From: Actinomycetota bacterium
Lineage (GTDB): Bacteria > Actinomycetota > Actinomycetes > Actinomycetales > Dermatophilaceae
Reading direction: 5' to 3'
Assembly (NCBI GenBank): GCA_046733835.1
Contig: JBKPQA010000111.1
Coordinates: forward strand, 1 to 37,060
DNA length: 37,060 nucleotides
Of the stretch, positions 19,030-27,666 are shown piece by piece. The position numbers and the translations under genes were made by a program. The number at the start of each line of letters is the position of its first letter. Position 1 is the first letter of the stretch. The notes beneath the pieces are model-generated. The model made no database searches. It had not been told where the DNA came from and saw only the letters and a list, made by a program, of their open reading frames with translations.

Positions 19030-19662
19030 TCAGCGAATGACGTCCTTGCCGTCCTCGACCGCGGCCTCGCCCACCCGGACGTCGCCGGAGGGACGCAGGA
19101 CGAGGTAGGTGCAGCCGGCACCGGTGCGCTCCGTCTCGACGAGCTCGAACCCGGTCGGCGCCGAGCCGTCGGCGAACAGTTTCTTGCCCTGGCCGAGGAC
19201 GACCGGCGCCACCAGCAACCGGTACTCGTCGACGAGGCCGGCGTCGTGAAGGGTGTGGACTAGTCCGCAGCTGCCGTGGACCTGAAGCTCCCTTCCGGAC
19301 TCCGCCTTGAGCTCCTTCACCCCCGCCACCGCGTCGCCGATCACGGTCGTGTTCGCCCAGGTCGGGTCGGTCAGCGTCGTCGAGACGACGTGCTTGGGCA
19401 GCGTGTTGATGGCCGTGGCGACTGGGTCCTCGGGGTCGGTCACCTGCGGCCAGAAGCTTTCGAAGAGGCCGTACGTGGTCCGGCCGAGCAGCAGAGCGTC
19501 GGCGCTCTTGAACCAGCCGCTGACGATCCGGCCGAAGTCCTCGTCTCCGAAAGGCATCAGCCAGCCGCCCTGCTCGAATCCTCCGGTGCGGTCCTCCTCC
19601 GCGCCGCCCGGGCCCTGCATGACGCCGTCGAGGGTGACAAACGTGTGGACGGTCAGCTTCAT
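19030..19662 (-). CDS. Dihydrofolate reductase-like (RibD C-terminal domain) protein
   Basis: FVTLDGVMQGPG, LLLGRTTY, PKHVVSTTL, HGS, VDEY, PVVLGQGKKLF. Confidence 0.9.
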   Translation of the reverse strand: MKLTVHTFVTLDGVMQGPGGAEEDRTGGFEQGGWLMPFGDEDFGRIVSGWFKSADALLLGRTTYGLFESFWPQVTDPEDPVATAINTLPKHVVSTTLTDPTWANTTVIGDAVAGVKELKAESGRELQVHGSCGLVHTLHDAGLVDEYRLLVAPVVLGQGKKLFADGSAPTGFELVETERTGAGCTYLVLRPSGDVRVGEAAVEDGKDVIR

Positions 19663-19715
19663 GACTTTCTCCTATGGGATAAGGGCTGGGCCGCTCCAGC
19701 AGCCTCCACTCTCGC

Positions 19716-19742
19716 CACGAACGGCCGGACCTGGACAGGACA
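19716..19742 (-). promoter_or_regulatory. Candidate ECF42-type promoter for the DHFR-like/yciI/ECF operon
   Basis: Minus strand TGTCCT-N15-TTCGTG resembles the TGTCG...TTCGT pattern I recall upstream of ECF42/YciI operons; imperfect match. Confidence 0.35.
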
Positions 19743-19792
19743 CCCGTCGAGGAACTTCTTCCGGCCGATCGGCGGTGCGTCAGGATGAGGCC

Positions 19793-20737
19793 ATGCGCCC
19801 GATGCTCGCCATGCCGGCGACGCGGGTGCCCTCCGGGCCCGAATGGGTGCACGAGGTCAAATGGGACGGTATGCGGGTGCTGGCCGACGTCGCCGACGGC
19901 CGGGTCACCTTGACCAGCCGCACGGAACGCGATGTGACGGTGGCCTTCCCCGAGCTGGCCGGCCTCACGAACCTGTACGAGGACATGCTCCTCGACGGGG
20001 AGATCGTCGCCATCCGCACCGGGGTGCCGTCGTTCGCCGCGCTGGCCGAACGGTTCCACGTCACCAGCCACCGGCGGGCCGTCGCGCTCGCGGCGCAGAA
20101 CCCGGCGACCCTGATGGCCTTCGACCTCCTGCGCCTTTACGGCGTGGACCTGACCCAGCGGACCTTCGCCGAACGCCGGGCCACCCTGGAACGGCTTGAC
20201 CTGTCCGGCCCGCACTGGCGGGTACCGCCGACGTTCACCGACGGCGAGGCGCTGCAGGAGGCGACGAACGACCAGGGCCTCGAGGGAATCGTCAGCAAGC
20301 GGCTGTCCTCCCGGTACCACCCCGGCCTGCGCAGCGAAGAGTGGCTGAAGTTTCCGAACCGGACGTCGGTCTCGGTCATCATCGGTGGATGGCGTCCGGA
20401 GATCGACAGCGTCGACCGGCTGGGCGCCGTCCTCGTCGGGGCACCGGCACCGGAGGGCCTGCGGTACCTCGGGCGGGTCGGCAGCGGCATCGCCGGGAAG
20501 GCCGGAGCGGCGCTGGCCCAGGAGCTGGCTGGCCTCACCCTGCCGTCGTCGCCGTTCGCCGGGGTTGTCCCGCGGGAGGACGCCGCCGGCGCCACCTACG
20601 TGACCCCCGTCCTGGTCTGTGAGGTCGAGGCCCTCGGACTGACGCACCAGGGCCGGCTGCGGCAACCCGCATACCGAGGCCGTCGGCCGGACCTGTCCCC
20701 GGAAGACGTCAGCCTCGAGGACGTCCCCGGTGCCTGA
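19793..20737 (+). CDS. ligD: ATP-dependent DNA ligase, stand-alone LigD ligase domain
   Basis: MRPMLA, motif I EVKWDG, LDGEIV, FDLL, EGIVSK, Y.PG.RS..WLK, G.VGSG, LRQP. Confidence 0.9.
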   Translation: MRPMLAMPATRVPSGPEWVHEVKWDGMRVLADVADGRVTLTSRTERDVTVAFPELAGLTNLYEDMLLDGEIVAIRTGVPSFAALAERFHVTSHRRAVALAAQNPATLMAFDLLRLYGVDLTQRTFAERRATLERLDLSGPHWRVPPTFTDGEALQEATNDQGLEGIVSKRLSSRYHPGLRSEEWLKFPNRTSVSVIIGGWRPEIDSVDRLGAVLVGAPAPEGLRYLGRVGSGIAGKAGAALAQELAGLTLPSSPFAGVVPREDAAGATYVTPVLVCEVEALGLTHQGRLRQPAYRGRRPDLSPEDVSLEDVPGA

Positions 20738-21674
20738 GCAGCGGGTGACCGTCGAGGTGGCCGGCCGGCGGATGACGGTGGTCAACCTCGACAAGGTGAT
20801 GTACCCCGCGACCGAGACGACCAAGGGCGAAGTGCTGAACTACTACGCCCGCGTCGCACCGGTGATGCTCCCGCTCCTTGGCCGGCGGGCGGTCACGAGG
20901 ATCCGCTGGCCGCACGGCGTGGAAGGCCCGATGTTCTTCGAGAAGAACCTGCCCTCGGGCGCGCCGTCGTGGCTCCCGCGCGTCACCGTGTCGTCGCACG
21001 GTCGGGATCCCGACGCCCACCCGGAGCGCGACCGCCTCACCTACCCGCTCGTCCTCGACCTCGCGGACCTCACCTATCTCGTCAATCTGGCGTCGCTCGA
21101 GTTGCACGTGCACCAATGGCAGGTGGACACCAAGGGCCACCCGCTCCATCCCGACCGGCTCGTCATCGACCTGGACCCGGGCACCGGGGCGGGCCTGCGG
21201 GAATGCGCCCAGGTCGCGCTGTGGGTCAAACCGCGGCTTGAAGAGATGGGTTTGACGACGACCCTTCCCGTGACGAGCGGCAGCAAGGGCATGCAGCTGT
21301 ATGCGGCGCTGCCGGGCCGGCATTCTGCAGACGAGATCCGAGCCCTCGCCCAGGATCTCGCGCAGGAGATGACGAAGAAGCATCCGGACCTCGTCGTCTG
21401 GAAGATGACGAAGTCGCTGCGGCCGGGAAAGGTGCTTCTCGACTGGAGCCAGAACACGGCGGCGAAGACGACGATCTGTCCCTACTCCTTGCGCGGAAAG
21501 GCGGCGCCTTATGTCGCCGCACCGCGCACGTGGGACGAGGTGAAGCACGGCGCGCAAGGCGGGCGGCTCTCTCAGCTGCTCATGACCGATGTCGTGGAAC
21601 GGCTCGATGACGTCGGAGATCTCGCGGCCGGCCTGGCGACGGGCCCAGCCCGCGAAGGTAAACGCAAGAAATGA
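20730..21674 (+). CDS. ligD: LigD primase-polymerase domain protein (NHEJ polymerase)
   Basis: NLDKVMYP, RWPHGV, FFEKN, LELH, DRLVIDLDPG, TSGSKGMQLY, DWSQN, PYSLR; overlaps the ligase gene by 8 nt. Confidence 0.92.
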   Translation: MPEQRVTVEVAGRRMTVVNLDKVMYPATETTKGEVLNYYARVAPVMLPLLGRRAVTRIRWPHGVEGPMFFEKNLPSGAPSWLPRVTVSSHGRDPDAHPERDRLTYPLVLDLADLTYLVNLASLELHVHQWQVDTKGHPLHPDRLVIDLDPGTGAGLRECAQVALWVKPRLEEMGLTTTLPVTSGSKGMQLYAALPGRHSADEIRALAQDLAQEMTKKHPDLVVWKMTKSLRPGKVLLDWSQNTAAKTTICPYSLRGKAAPYVAAPRTWDEVKHGAQGGRLSQLLMTDVVERLDDVGDLAAGLATGPAREGKRKK

Positions 21675-21690
21675 CGGTTTCTTGCAATCC

Positions 21691-21742
21691 ACCGGCACGA
21701 AAAGGACACCCCGCATAAGCGAAGTGTCCTTTTCGTGCCGGT
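21691..21742. terminator. 19-bp perfect hairpin between convergent ligD-pol and lsr2 (terminator or REP-like)
   Basis: ACCGGCACGAAAAGGACAC-N14-GTGTCCTTTTCGTGCCGGT. Confidence 0.75.
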
Positions 21743-21814
21743 TTCCGCGGGGTATCCCCCCAGTACCGCCCGGATCACCGACGAGTCAACGCGAGACTCC
21801 GTCGCGGAGCGGCG

Positions 21815-22153
21815 TCAGTGGGCCTTGTCGTAGGCCTCCTGAACCGCCGCAGAGACGCGGCCGCGGTCGCTGACTTGGTGACCGTTCGCCCGTGCCCAGG
21901 CCCGCACCGCGGATAGGTCACGGCGGCTGGACGCACTCGAGGAGCCGCCCGTCGAGCGGCGTCCGGTCGTGCGCCGACCGCCGGAACGGCGCGCATGCCC
22001 GATCCACGTAGAGAACTCGTCACGCAGCTTTCCCGCGTTCTTGTCACTGAGGTCGATCTCGTAGCTCACGCCATCGAGACCGAAGGTCACCGTCTCGGCG
22101 GCTGTCCCTCCGTCGAGGTCGTCCTCCAGGACGATCTGGACCCGTTGTGCCAT
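21815..22153 (-). CDS. lsr2: Nucleoid-associated protein Lsr2
   Basis: MAQRVQIVLEDDLDG, TFGLDGVSYEIDL, VRAWARANG, AT-hook RGR. Confidence 0.96.
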   Translation of the reverse strand: MAQRVQIVLEDDLDGGTAAETVTFGLDGVSYEIDLSDKNAGKLRDEFSTWIGHARRSGGRRTTGRRSTGGSSSASSRRDLSAVRAWARANGHQVSDRGRVSAAVQEAYDKAH

Positions 22154-22239
22154 GGGGCTGTTTCCTTTCGGTTACATCAGCAGGGATGATGTAGTAGAGC
22201 GTTCCCGACGGAATTATCCGGGAACTCTCCCACCCTAAT

Positions 22240-22479
22240 TCATTCGGGCCGCGACGGTGAATTATGCGGGGTATTCGGAGCGTCACGCTCGTTCTCGCGC
22301 TCCAGCTCCTTCGCGCGTTCCTTCTCGCGTTCCCGCTCTTGGTCCCGCTCCCATTTCGAGTGGGCCAGCCGCTCTCGACGGTCACCCTCGAGAATGCTCT
22401 TGATGAGGAAATAGAAGAGCACGCCGACGGCGACGGTCGGCAGCAGTGCGATGACGTACGGAGAAACGGCGTCCCACAT
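22240..22479 (-). CDS. Small single-pass membrane protein (hypothetical)
   Basis: One TM segment (ALLPTVAVGVLFYFLIKSI), then DRRER and an E/R-rich coiled tail; lies between lysS and lsr2 on the same strand. Confidence 0.75.
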   Translation of the reverse strand: MWDAVSPYVIALLPTVAVGVLFYFLIKSILEGDRRERLAHSKWERDQEREREKERAKELERENERDAPNTPHNSPSRPE

Positions 22480-22489
22480 GGTGTGCGCC

Positions 22490-23989
22490 TCACGCCTCCG
22501 GCTTCAGCAGCGGGAACAGGATGGTCTCCCGGATGTTCGCGCCGGTGAAGAGCATGACCATCCGGTCGATCCCCAGGCCCAGTCCGCCCATCGGCGGGGC
22601 GCCGTACTCGAGAGCGCGCAGGAAGTCTTCGTCCAGCTGCATGGCCTCTTCGTCGCCTCCGGCGGCGAGCAGTGACTGGGTGGTGAGGACCTCACGCTGG
22701 ATCACCGGGTCAACGAGTTCGGAGAAACCGGTTCCCCGCTCGACGCCGGCGATGATGAGGTCCCAGGCCTCGATGAGCCCTGGCTCGCTCCTATGTGGTC
22801 GCGCCAGCGGCTGCGCCGAGGCGGGGAAGTCGCAGAGGAACGTCGGCTGTACGAGATTCGGCTCGACGAGCTTGCCGAGCAGCTCGGTGGCCAGCTTTCC
22901 CGAGGACCACGCCGGCTCGACCGGGATGTCGCGCTTAGACGCATACTCCCGCAGCGTCTCCAGTGAGGTGTCGACGGTGACCACCTCGCCGACCGCCTCG
23001 CTGAGCGCGTCGTAGACCGGCAGCCAGCGCCACTCGCCGTCGAGGTCGACCAGCCCCTTGGCGGTCTCGACCTGGCGTGAGCCGAGGGCGTCCGCGACGG
23101 CGAGGTAGAGATCGCGGATCAGCCCGGCGATCGTTGTTTGGTCGCCGTACGCCTGGTACGCCTCGAGCATCGTGAACTCGGCGCTGTGGGTGGCGTCGAT
23201 CCCCTCGTTGCGGAAGATCCGGCCCAGCTCGTAGACGTTGTCCACGCCGCCGACGACGGCCTTCTTCAGCGGGAGTTCGAGGGCGATCCGCAGCGTCATG
23301 TCCTGGTCGAAGGCGTTGAGGTGCGTGCGGAACGGCCGAGCGGCGGCTCCCCCATGAACCAGCTGAAGGACCGGAGTCTCGATCTCGACGTAGTGCTGGC
23401 GCGCCAGCTCCTCACGGAGCGTGCGGGTGATCGCCGCGCGGGTGCGGACCATGTCACGGGCTTCCTGGCGCACCACCAGGTCGGCGTAGCGCTGTCGAAC
23501 CCGCGTCTCCTCGGAGAGCTCCCGGTGGAGGATCGGCAGCGGCCGGAGCGCCTTGCTGGCCATCTGCCACGACGTCGCGAGCACCGACAGCTCGCCACGC
23601 CGACTGGAGATCACTCGCCCCTCGACGACGACGTGGTCACCGAGATCCACCAGCGCCTTCCAGTCCTCGAGCGACTCCTCCCCGACCTCGGCCAGGCTGA
23701 TCATCACCTGGAGCCGGGTGCCGATCCCCTCCTGCAGAGTGGCGAAGCAGAGTTTGCCGGTGTTGCGGAGAAAGACGACCCGCCCGGCGACCCGGACCAC
23801 GTCGTCGGTCTCTTGACCGGTCTGGAGGTGCCCCCACTGCTCACGGACCTGGTCGAGGGTATGCGTCCGGTTCACCTCGACCGGGTAGGCGTCCCGTCCG
23901 CTGGCGAGCAGCCACTGCCGCTTCTCGCGCCGGATCCGAATCTGTTCCGGGACGTCGGCGTCGGGCGGTTCGGGCGGTTGGCCGGTCAC
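22490..23989 (-). CDS. lysS: Lysine--tRNA ligase (class II)
   Basis: OB-fold GKLCFATL, RQRYADL, HGGAAARPF, LRIALEL, FRNEG, motif 3 YGAPPMGGLGLGIDR. Confidence 0.97.
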   Translation of the reverse strand: MTGQPPEPPDADVPEQIRIRREKRQWLLASGRDAYPVEVNRTHTLDQVREQWGHLQTGQETDDVVRVAGRVVFLRNTGKLCFATLQEGIGTRLQVMISLAEVGEESLEDWKALVDLGDHVVVEGRVISSRRGELSVLATSWQMASKALRPLPILHRELSEETRVRQRYADLVVRQEARDMVRTRAAITRTLREELARQHYVEIETPVLQLVHGGAAARPFRTHLNAFDQDMTLRIALELPLKKAVVGGVDNVYELGRIFRNEGIDATHSAEFTMLEAYQAYGDQTTIAGLIRDLYLAVADALGSRQVETAKGLVDLDGEWRWLPVYDALSEAVGEVVTVDTSLETLREYASKRDIPVEPAWSSGKLATELLGKLVEPNLVQPTFLCDFPASAQPLARPHRSEPGLIEAWDLIIAGVERGTGFSELVDPVIQREVLTTQSLLAAGGDEEAMQLDEDFLRALEYGAPPMGGLGLGIDRMVMLFTGANIRETILFPLLKPEA

Positions 23990-24007
23990 CGGTCAAGTAT
24001 GTCCGAG

Positions 24008-24106
24008 CCGGCGTTTTCATCTTCTGGGCGCCTGTTGTTATGACTGCGGGCGAGTTTCGAGGCCTCAAATCGACAAGAACGGGAGCCTGGAAGATGAAAA
24101 CCCCGG
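24008..24106. repeat. Long imperfect inverted repeat between nadC and lysS
   Basis: 32-nt arms CCGGCGTTTTCATCTTCTGGGCGCCTGTTGTT / AAGAACGGGAGCCTGGAAGATGAAAACCCCGG pair at 26/32; 35-nt spacer. Confidence 0.8.
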
Positions 24107-24988
24107 TTAGGGGGTGAGGTCGAGGGCTAGGTCGAGGATCGGGGACGAGTGGGTCAGCCCGCCGACGCTGAGGTAGTTGACGCCGGTCAGGGCGTACTCC
24201 CGGGCGACGCCGAGGGTGAGCCCGCCGGTCGCCTCGACCTCGACGTCCTCGGCCTGCTCCCTCAAGGCCCGAACGGTCTCCGCCAGCAGCTCAACCGGCA
24301 TGTTGTCGCACATGACGAACCGGGCGCCCGCGGCATACGCCTCTCGCGCCTCGTCCACCGTGGTGACCTCGACCTGGACGTCGACGTCCGGGTATGCGGC
24401 GCGCACCGACGCGTACGCCGCCGCGACCGAGCCGGCCGCAAGCTTGTGGTTGTCCTTAATCATCCCGACGTCGTAGAGGCCCATCCGCTTGTTGGTGCCT
24501 CCGCCCGCGCGGACCGCGTACTTCTCGAGATGCCGCATGCCCGGCGTCGTCTTGCGCGTGTCGAGGACCATCGCGCCGGTGCCCTCGAGCACGTCGGCCC
24601 ACCGGCGAGTATGCGTCGCCACCCCGGACAGCCGGCAGACGACGTTGAGGAGGGATCGCTCGGCGATGAGGACGGTTCGGAGCGCTCCTCGGAGTCGCGC
24701 GACGACCTCGCCCTTGTCGACGTCGGCCCCGTCGGCGACGAGCAGCTCAGACTCGACCGGACCTGTCCCGACCAGTGCCGACACCTCCTCGAACACCAAC
24801 GGGACGACCGGAAGCCCCGCCACGACTCCATGCGCCCGGGCGACGATCTCGGCCTCGCGGACCTGGTCGGCGGGGATCGTCGCCAGGGTTGTCACGTCGA
24901 GATGTCGCGGACCGAGGTCCTCCTCGAGAGCCGTTCGCACGACGCGCCGGGCGTCCTCGAACGGGAAGTCCAGCTCCCCAACGGTCAC
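24107..24988 (-). CDS. nadC: Nicotinate-nucleotide diphosphorylase (carboxylating), quinolinate phosphoribosyltransferase
   Basis: ALEED, DTRKTTPG, EKYAV..GGG, MIKDNH, VEV, DN, EATGG. Confidence 0.95.
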   Translation of the reverse strand: MTVGELDFPFEDARRVVRTALEEDLGPRHLDVTTLATIPADQVREAEIVARAHGVVAGLPVVPLVFEEVSALVGTGPVESELLVADGADVDKGEVVARLRGALRTVLIAERSLLNVVCRLSGVATHTRRWADVLEGTGAMVLDTRKTTPGMRHLEKYAVRAGGGTNKRMGLYDVGMIKDNHKLAAGSVAAAYASVRAAYPDVDVQVEVTTVDEAREAYAAGARFVMCDNMPVELLAETVRALREQAEDVEVEATGGLTLGVAREYALTGVNYLSVGGLTHSSPILDLALDLTP

Positions 24989-26676
24989 GATGGTTCGTCC
25001 CGGGATTCGCCAACCGGGTGATACGAGGTCTCGACCGTCCCGTCCGGATGACGTACGGCGTGCAGGTGTCCGAGCCAGTAACCGTCGTCGCGCTCCGGGA
25101 AGTCGGACCGAAGGTGGCCGCCGCGGGTCTCTTCCCGCAGCGCCGCGACGGTCGTGAGGACTTGGCCCAGGTGGAGCAAGTTTGTCGTCTCCCAGGCGGC
25201 CGGCTCCGGCGTCACGTCGCCGGCCTCGGCCGCTTTGGCCAGCGTGGCCAGCTCGTGATCCGTTGTGGCCAGCGACTCGGCGGACCGGACCACGCCGCTG
25301 CCCGCGGTCATCGCATGCTGGACGTCGCGGCGGTGGTCAGCGGTGAGGAGGGCACTGTCGCCCTCTGGGGCTATCGGCGTCGTCCGGGGGAGGTCGCCGG
25401 CCGTGAACCGGGCGGAGATGTCGTCGGCGATGCGAGACGCGAAGACCAGGCCCTCGAGCAGCGAGTTCGACGCCAGCCGGTTGGCCCCGTGGACACCGCT
25501 GCACGACACCTCGCCACACGCATACAGGCCGTCCAGCGACGAGCGCCCGTGGAGGTCGACCTTGACCCCACCGCTCGCGTAGTGCTGGGCGGGCGCGACG
25601 GGGATGAGCTGGGTGGCGAGGTCGAACCCGTGCTCGCGCAGGCTGGCCACGATCGAGGGGAATCGGCGCTCGACGAACTCACGGCCCAGGTGGCGGGCGT
25701 CGAGGTAGACGTGGTCGGTGCCGGTGTAGCGCATCCGGGCGACGATCGCCCGGGCCACCACGTCGCGGGGCGCGAGGTCGGCCAGATCGTGGACGCCGGG
25801 CATGAACCTGATGCCGTTCTCGTCGACGAGGAAGGCCCCCTCGCCGCGCACCGCCTCGCTGATGAGCGGCTGCTGGCCGTTGGCGCCCTCGCCGAGCCAG
25901 AGGACGGTCGGATGGAACTGGACGAACTCGACGTCGGCCATCACCGCGCCCGCCCGGAGGGCGATGGCCATGCCGTCACCGGTGGAGACGGCGGGATTCG
26001 TCGTGGCCGAGTAGATCTGCCCCAGGCCGCCGGTGGCGAGGACGACCGCGCGAGCGTGGGCGGCGCCGACGCCGTCGACCTGGCCTTCGCCGATCACGTG
26101 CACGGTGACGCCGCATACCCGGCCGTCGTGGGCCTGCAGGAGGTCGACGACCAGGGCGTGCTCAACGACCTGGATGCCGGGGTCGGACTGCACCCGGTGC
26201 AGCGCCTCGATCAGAGCTCGGCTGATCTCGCGGCCGGTGGCGTCGCCGCCGGCGTGAGCGATCCGGTCGCGGTGGTGGCCACCCTCTCGCGTCAGCAGGA
26301 TCTCCCCGGCCGAGTCGCGGTCGAACTCGGCACCCAGCGCGACGAGCTCACGCACCCGCTGAGGCCCCTCGGTGACCAGCGCGGTGACCGCCTCCACGTC
26401 GCACAGCCCGACCCCGGCGACGAGCGTGTCGCGGAGGTGCTCCTCCGGAGAGTCAGCGGGGTCCATCGCCGCGGCGATCCCGCCCTGCGCCCACGCCGTC
26501 GAGCCCTCGTTGAGAACCGTCTTGGTCACGAGGAGCACCGTGTCGACCTGTTCTCGGAGCCGTAGCGCGGCGGTGAGCCCGGCGATGCCCGACCCCACGA
26601 CGATGACGTCCACCGACGTGGTCCAGCCGGGTGGCGGTGCCTCCAGCCGTCGAGGTATGGGCGGCATCTCGGTCAC
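24985..26676 (-). CDS. nadB: L-aspartate oxidase
   Basis: GSGIAG, WAQGGIAA, REGGH, QFHPT, SEAVRGEG, LAPRDVV, GVHGANRLASNSLLEG, ETRGGH. Confidence 0.95.
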   Translation of the reverse strand: MTEMPPIPRRLEAPPPGWTTSVDVIVVGSGIAGLTAALRLREQVDTVLLVTKTVLNEGSTAWAQGGIAAAMDPADSPEEHLRDTLVAGVGLCDVEAVTALVTEGPQRVRELVALGAEFDRDSAGEILLTREGGHHRDRIAHAGGDATGREISRALIEALHRVQSDPGIQVVEHALVVDLLQAHDGRVCGVTVHVIGEGQVDGVGAAHARAVVLATGGLGQIYSATTNPAVSTGDGMAIALRAGAVMADVEFVQFHPTVLWLGEGANGQQPLISEAVRGEGAFLVDENGIRFMPGVHDLADLAPRDVVARAIVARMRYTGTDHVYLDARHLGREFVERRFPSIVASLREHGFDLATQLIPVAPAQHYASGGVKVDLHGRSSLDGLYACGEVSCSGVHGANRLASNSLLEGLVFASRIADDISARFTAGDLPRTTPIAPEGDSALLTADHRRDVQHAMTAGSGVVRSAESLATTDHELATLAKAAEAGDVTPEPAAWETTNLLHLGQVLTTVAALREETRGGHLRSDFPERDDGYWLGHLHAVRHPDGTVETSYHPVGESRDEPS

Positions 26677-27590
26677 GGCTCGTCCTCGGCTTCCGGAGCG
26701 CTCTCCTCCAGGACGGCGAGGACCGACTGCGCGTCGGCCGGGCGGAGCCGCCCCCGCTGCTGCGCCAGGTCGACGGTCGCGCGAGCCAACGCGCGATAGG
26801 TCGACCGGATCTGGGGTTCGGTGGCGAGCTCGGCCAGGTGCTCGGCGACCGTGTCGGCGTCACCCGCCGCCTCCGGTCCGCTGAGGACGCCCGCGCGGAG
26901 GGCGTTGTCGAGGGCGGCGCCGAGGAGCGGCCCGAGGACCCGGCCGGGTTCGTCGACGCCGGCGTCCTCGAGCAGCCGGGTCGCTTGGGCGACGAGCGTG
27001 GTCAGGTGGTTGGCGCCGAGCGCCAGCGCCGCATGGTAGAGCGGGCGGTCCTCCTCCTCGACGAGGACCGGTTCGCCGCCCATCTCGAGGACGAGCGCCT
27101 CGCCGAGTGGTTCGAGCTCCTTGAGCGTGGTGACGGCGAAGCACGCGTTGCTGAGCCGGTCGAGGTCGATCGCCGTGCCGGTGAAGGACATCGCCGGGTG
27201 GAGCGCCAGCGGCAGAGCGCCCACGTACGCGGCAGGTTCGAGGACTCCGACGCCGAACCGGCCGCAGGTGTGGACGACGACCTGTCCCGAGCGAAAGGCG
27301 CCGACCTTGGCCAGGCCGCTCACCAGGCTGGGCAGGGTGTCGTCCGGTACGGCGAGCAGGACCAGATCCACCGACGCGACCACCCGAGGGACGTCGCCGA
27401 CGGGTACCCCCGGCAGGAGCTCCGCGGCCCGGGCTCGGGACTCCTCACTCACCGCGGCGACCGCCTTCACGCGGTGGCCGGCCTGGTGGAGGGCCGAACC
27501 CAGGACGGCACCGACCCGGCCCGCGCCGACGACGCCCACCGTGAACCGCGGTGGGCGGTCTCCAGGCGTCGAGGCGGCGAAGGCGCTCAC
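26673..27590 (-). CDS. Rossmann-like + DUF2520 oxidoreductase (PanG-like)
   Basis: GAGRVG, LAVPDD, VHTCG, LHPAMSF, YHAALA...NH, GP...GD; GTGA-coupled to nadB. Confidence 0.88.
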   Translation of the reverse strand: MSAFAASTPGDRPPRFTVGVVGAGRVGAVLGSALHQAGHRVKAVAAVSEESRARAAELLPGVPVGDVPRVVASVDLVLLAVPDDTLPSLVSGLAKVGAFRSGQVVVHTCGRFGVGVLEPAAYVGALPLALHPAMSFTGTAIDLDRLSNACFAVTTLKELEPLGEALVLEMGGEPVLVEEEDRPLYHAALALGANHLTTLVAQATRLLEDAGVDEPGRVLGPLLGAALDNALRAGVLSGPEAAGDADTVAEHLAELATEPQIRSTYRALARATVDLAQQRGRLRPADAQSVLAVLEESAPEAEDEP

Positions 27591-27666
27591 GGCGCACGAA
27601 CCTACCCCGGTCGGCCGACTCCGGGGCCGCCCCGCGGTCCGCCTCGTCGGTGGGCAGGATGAGCGG

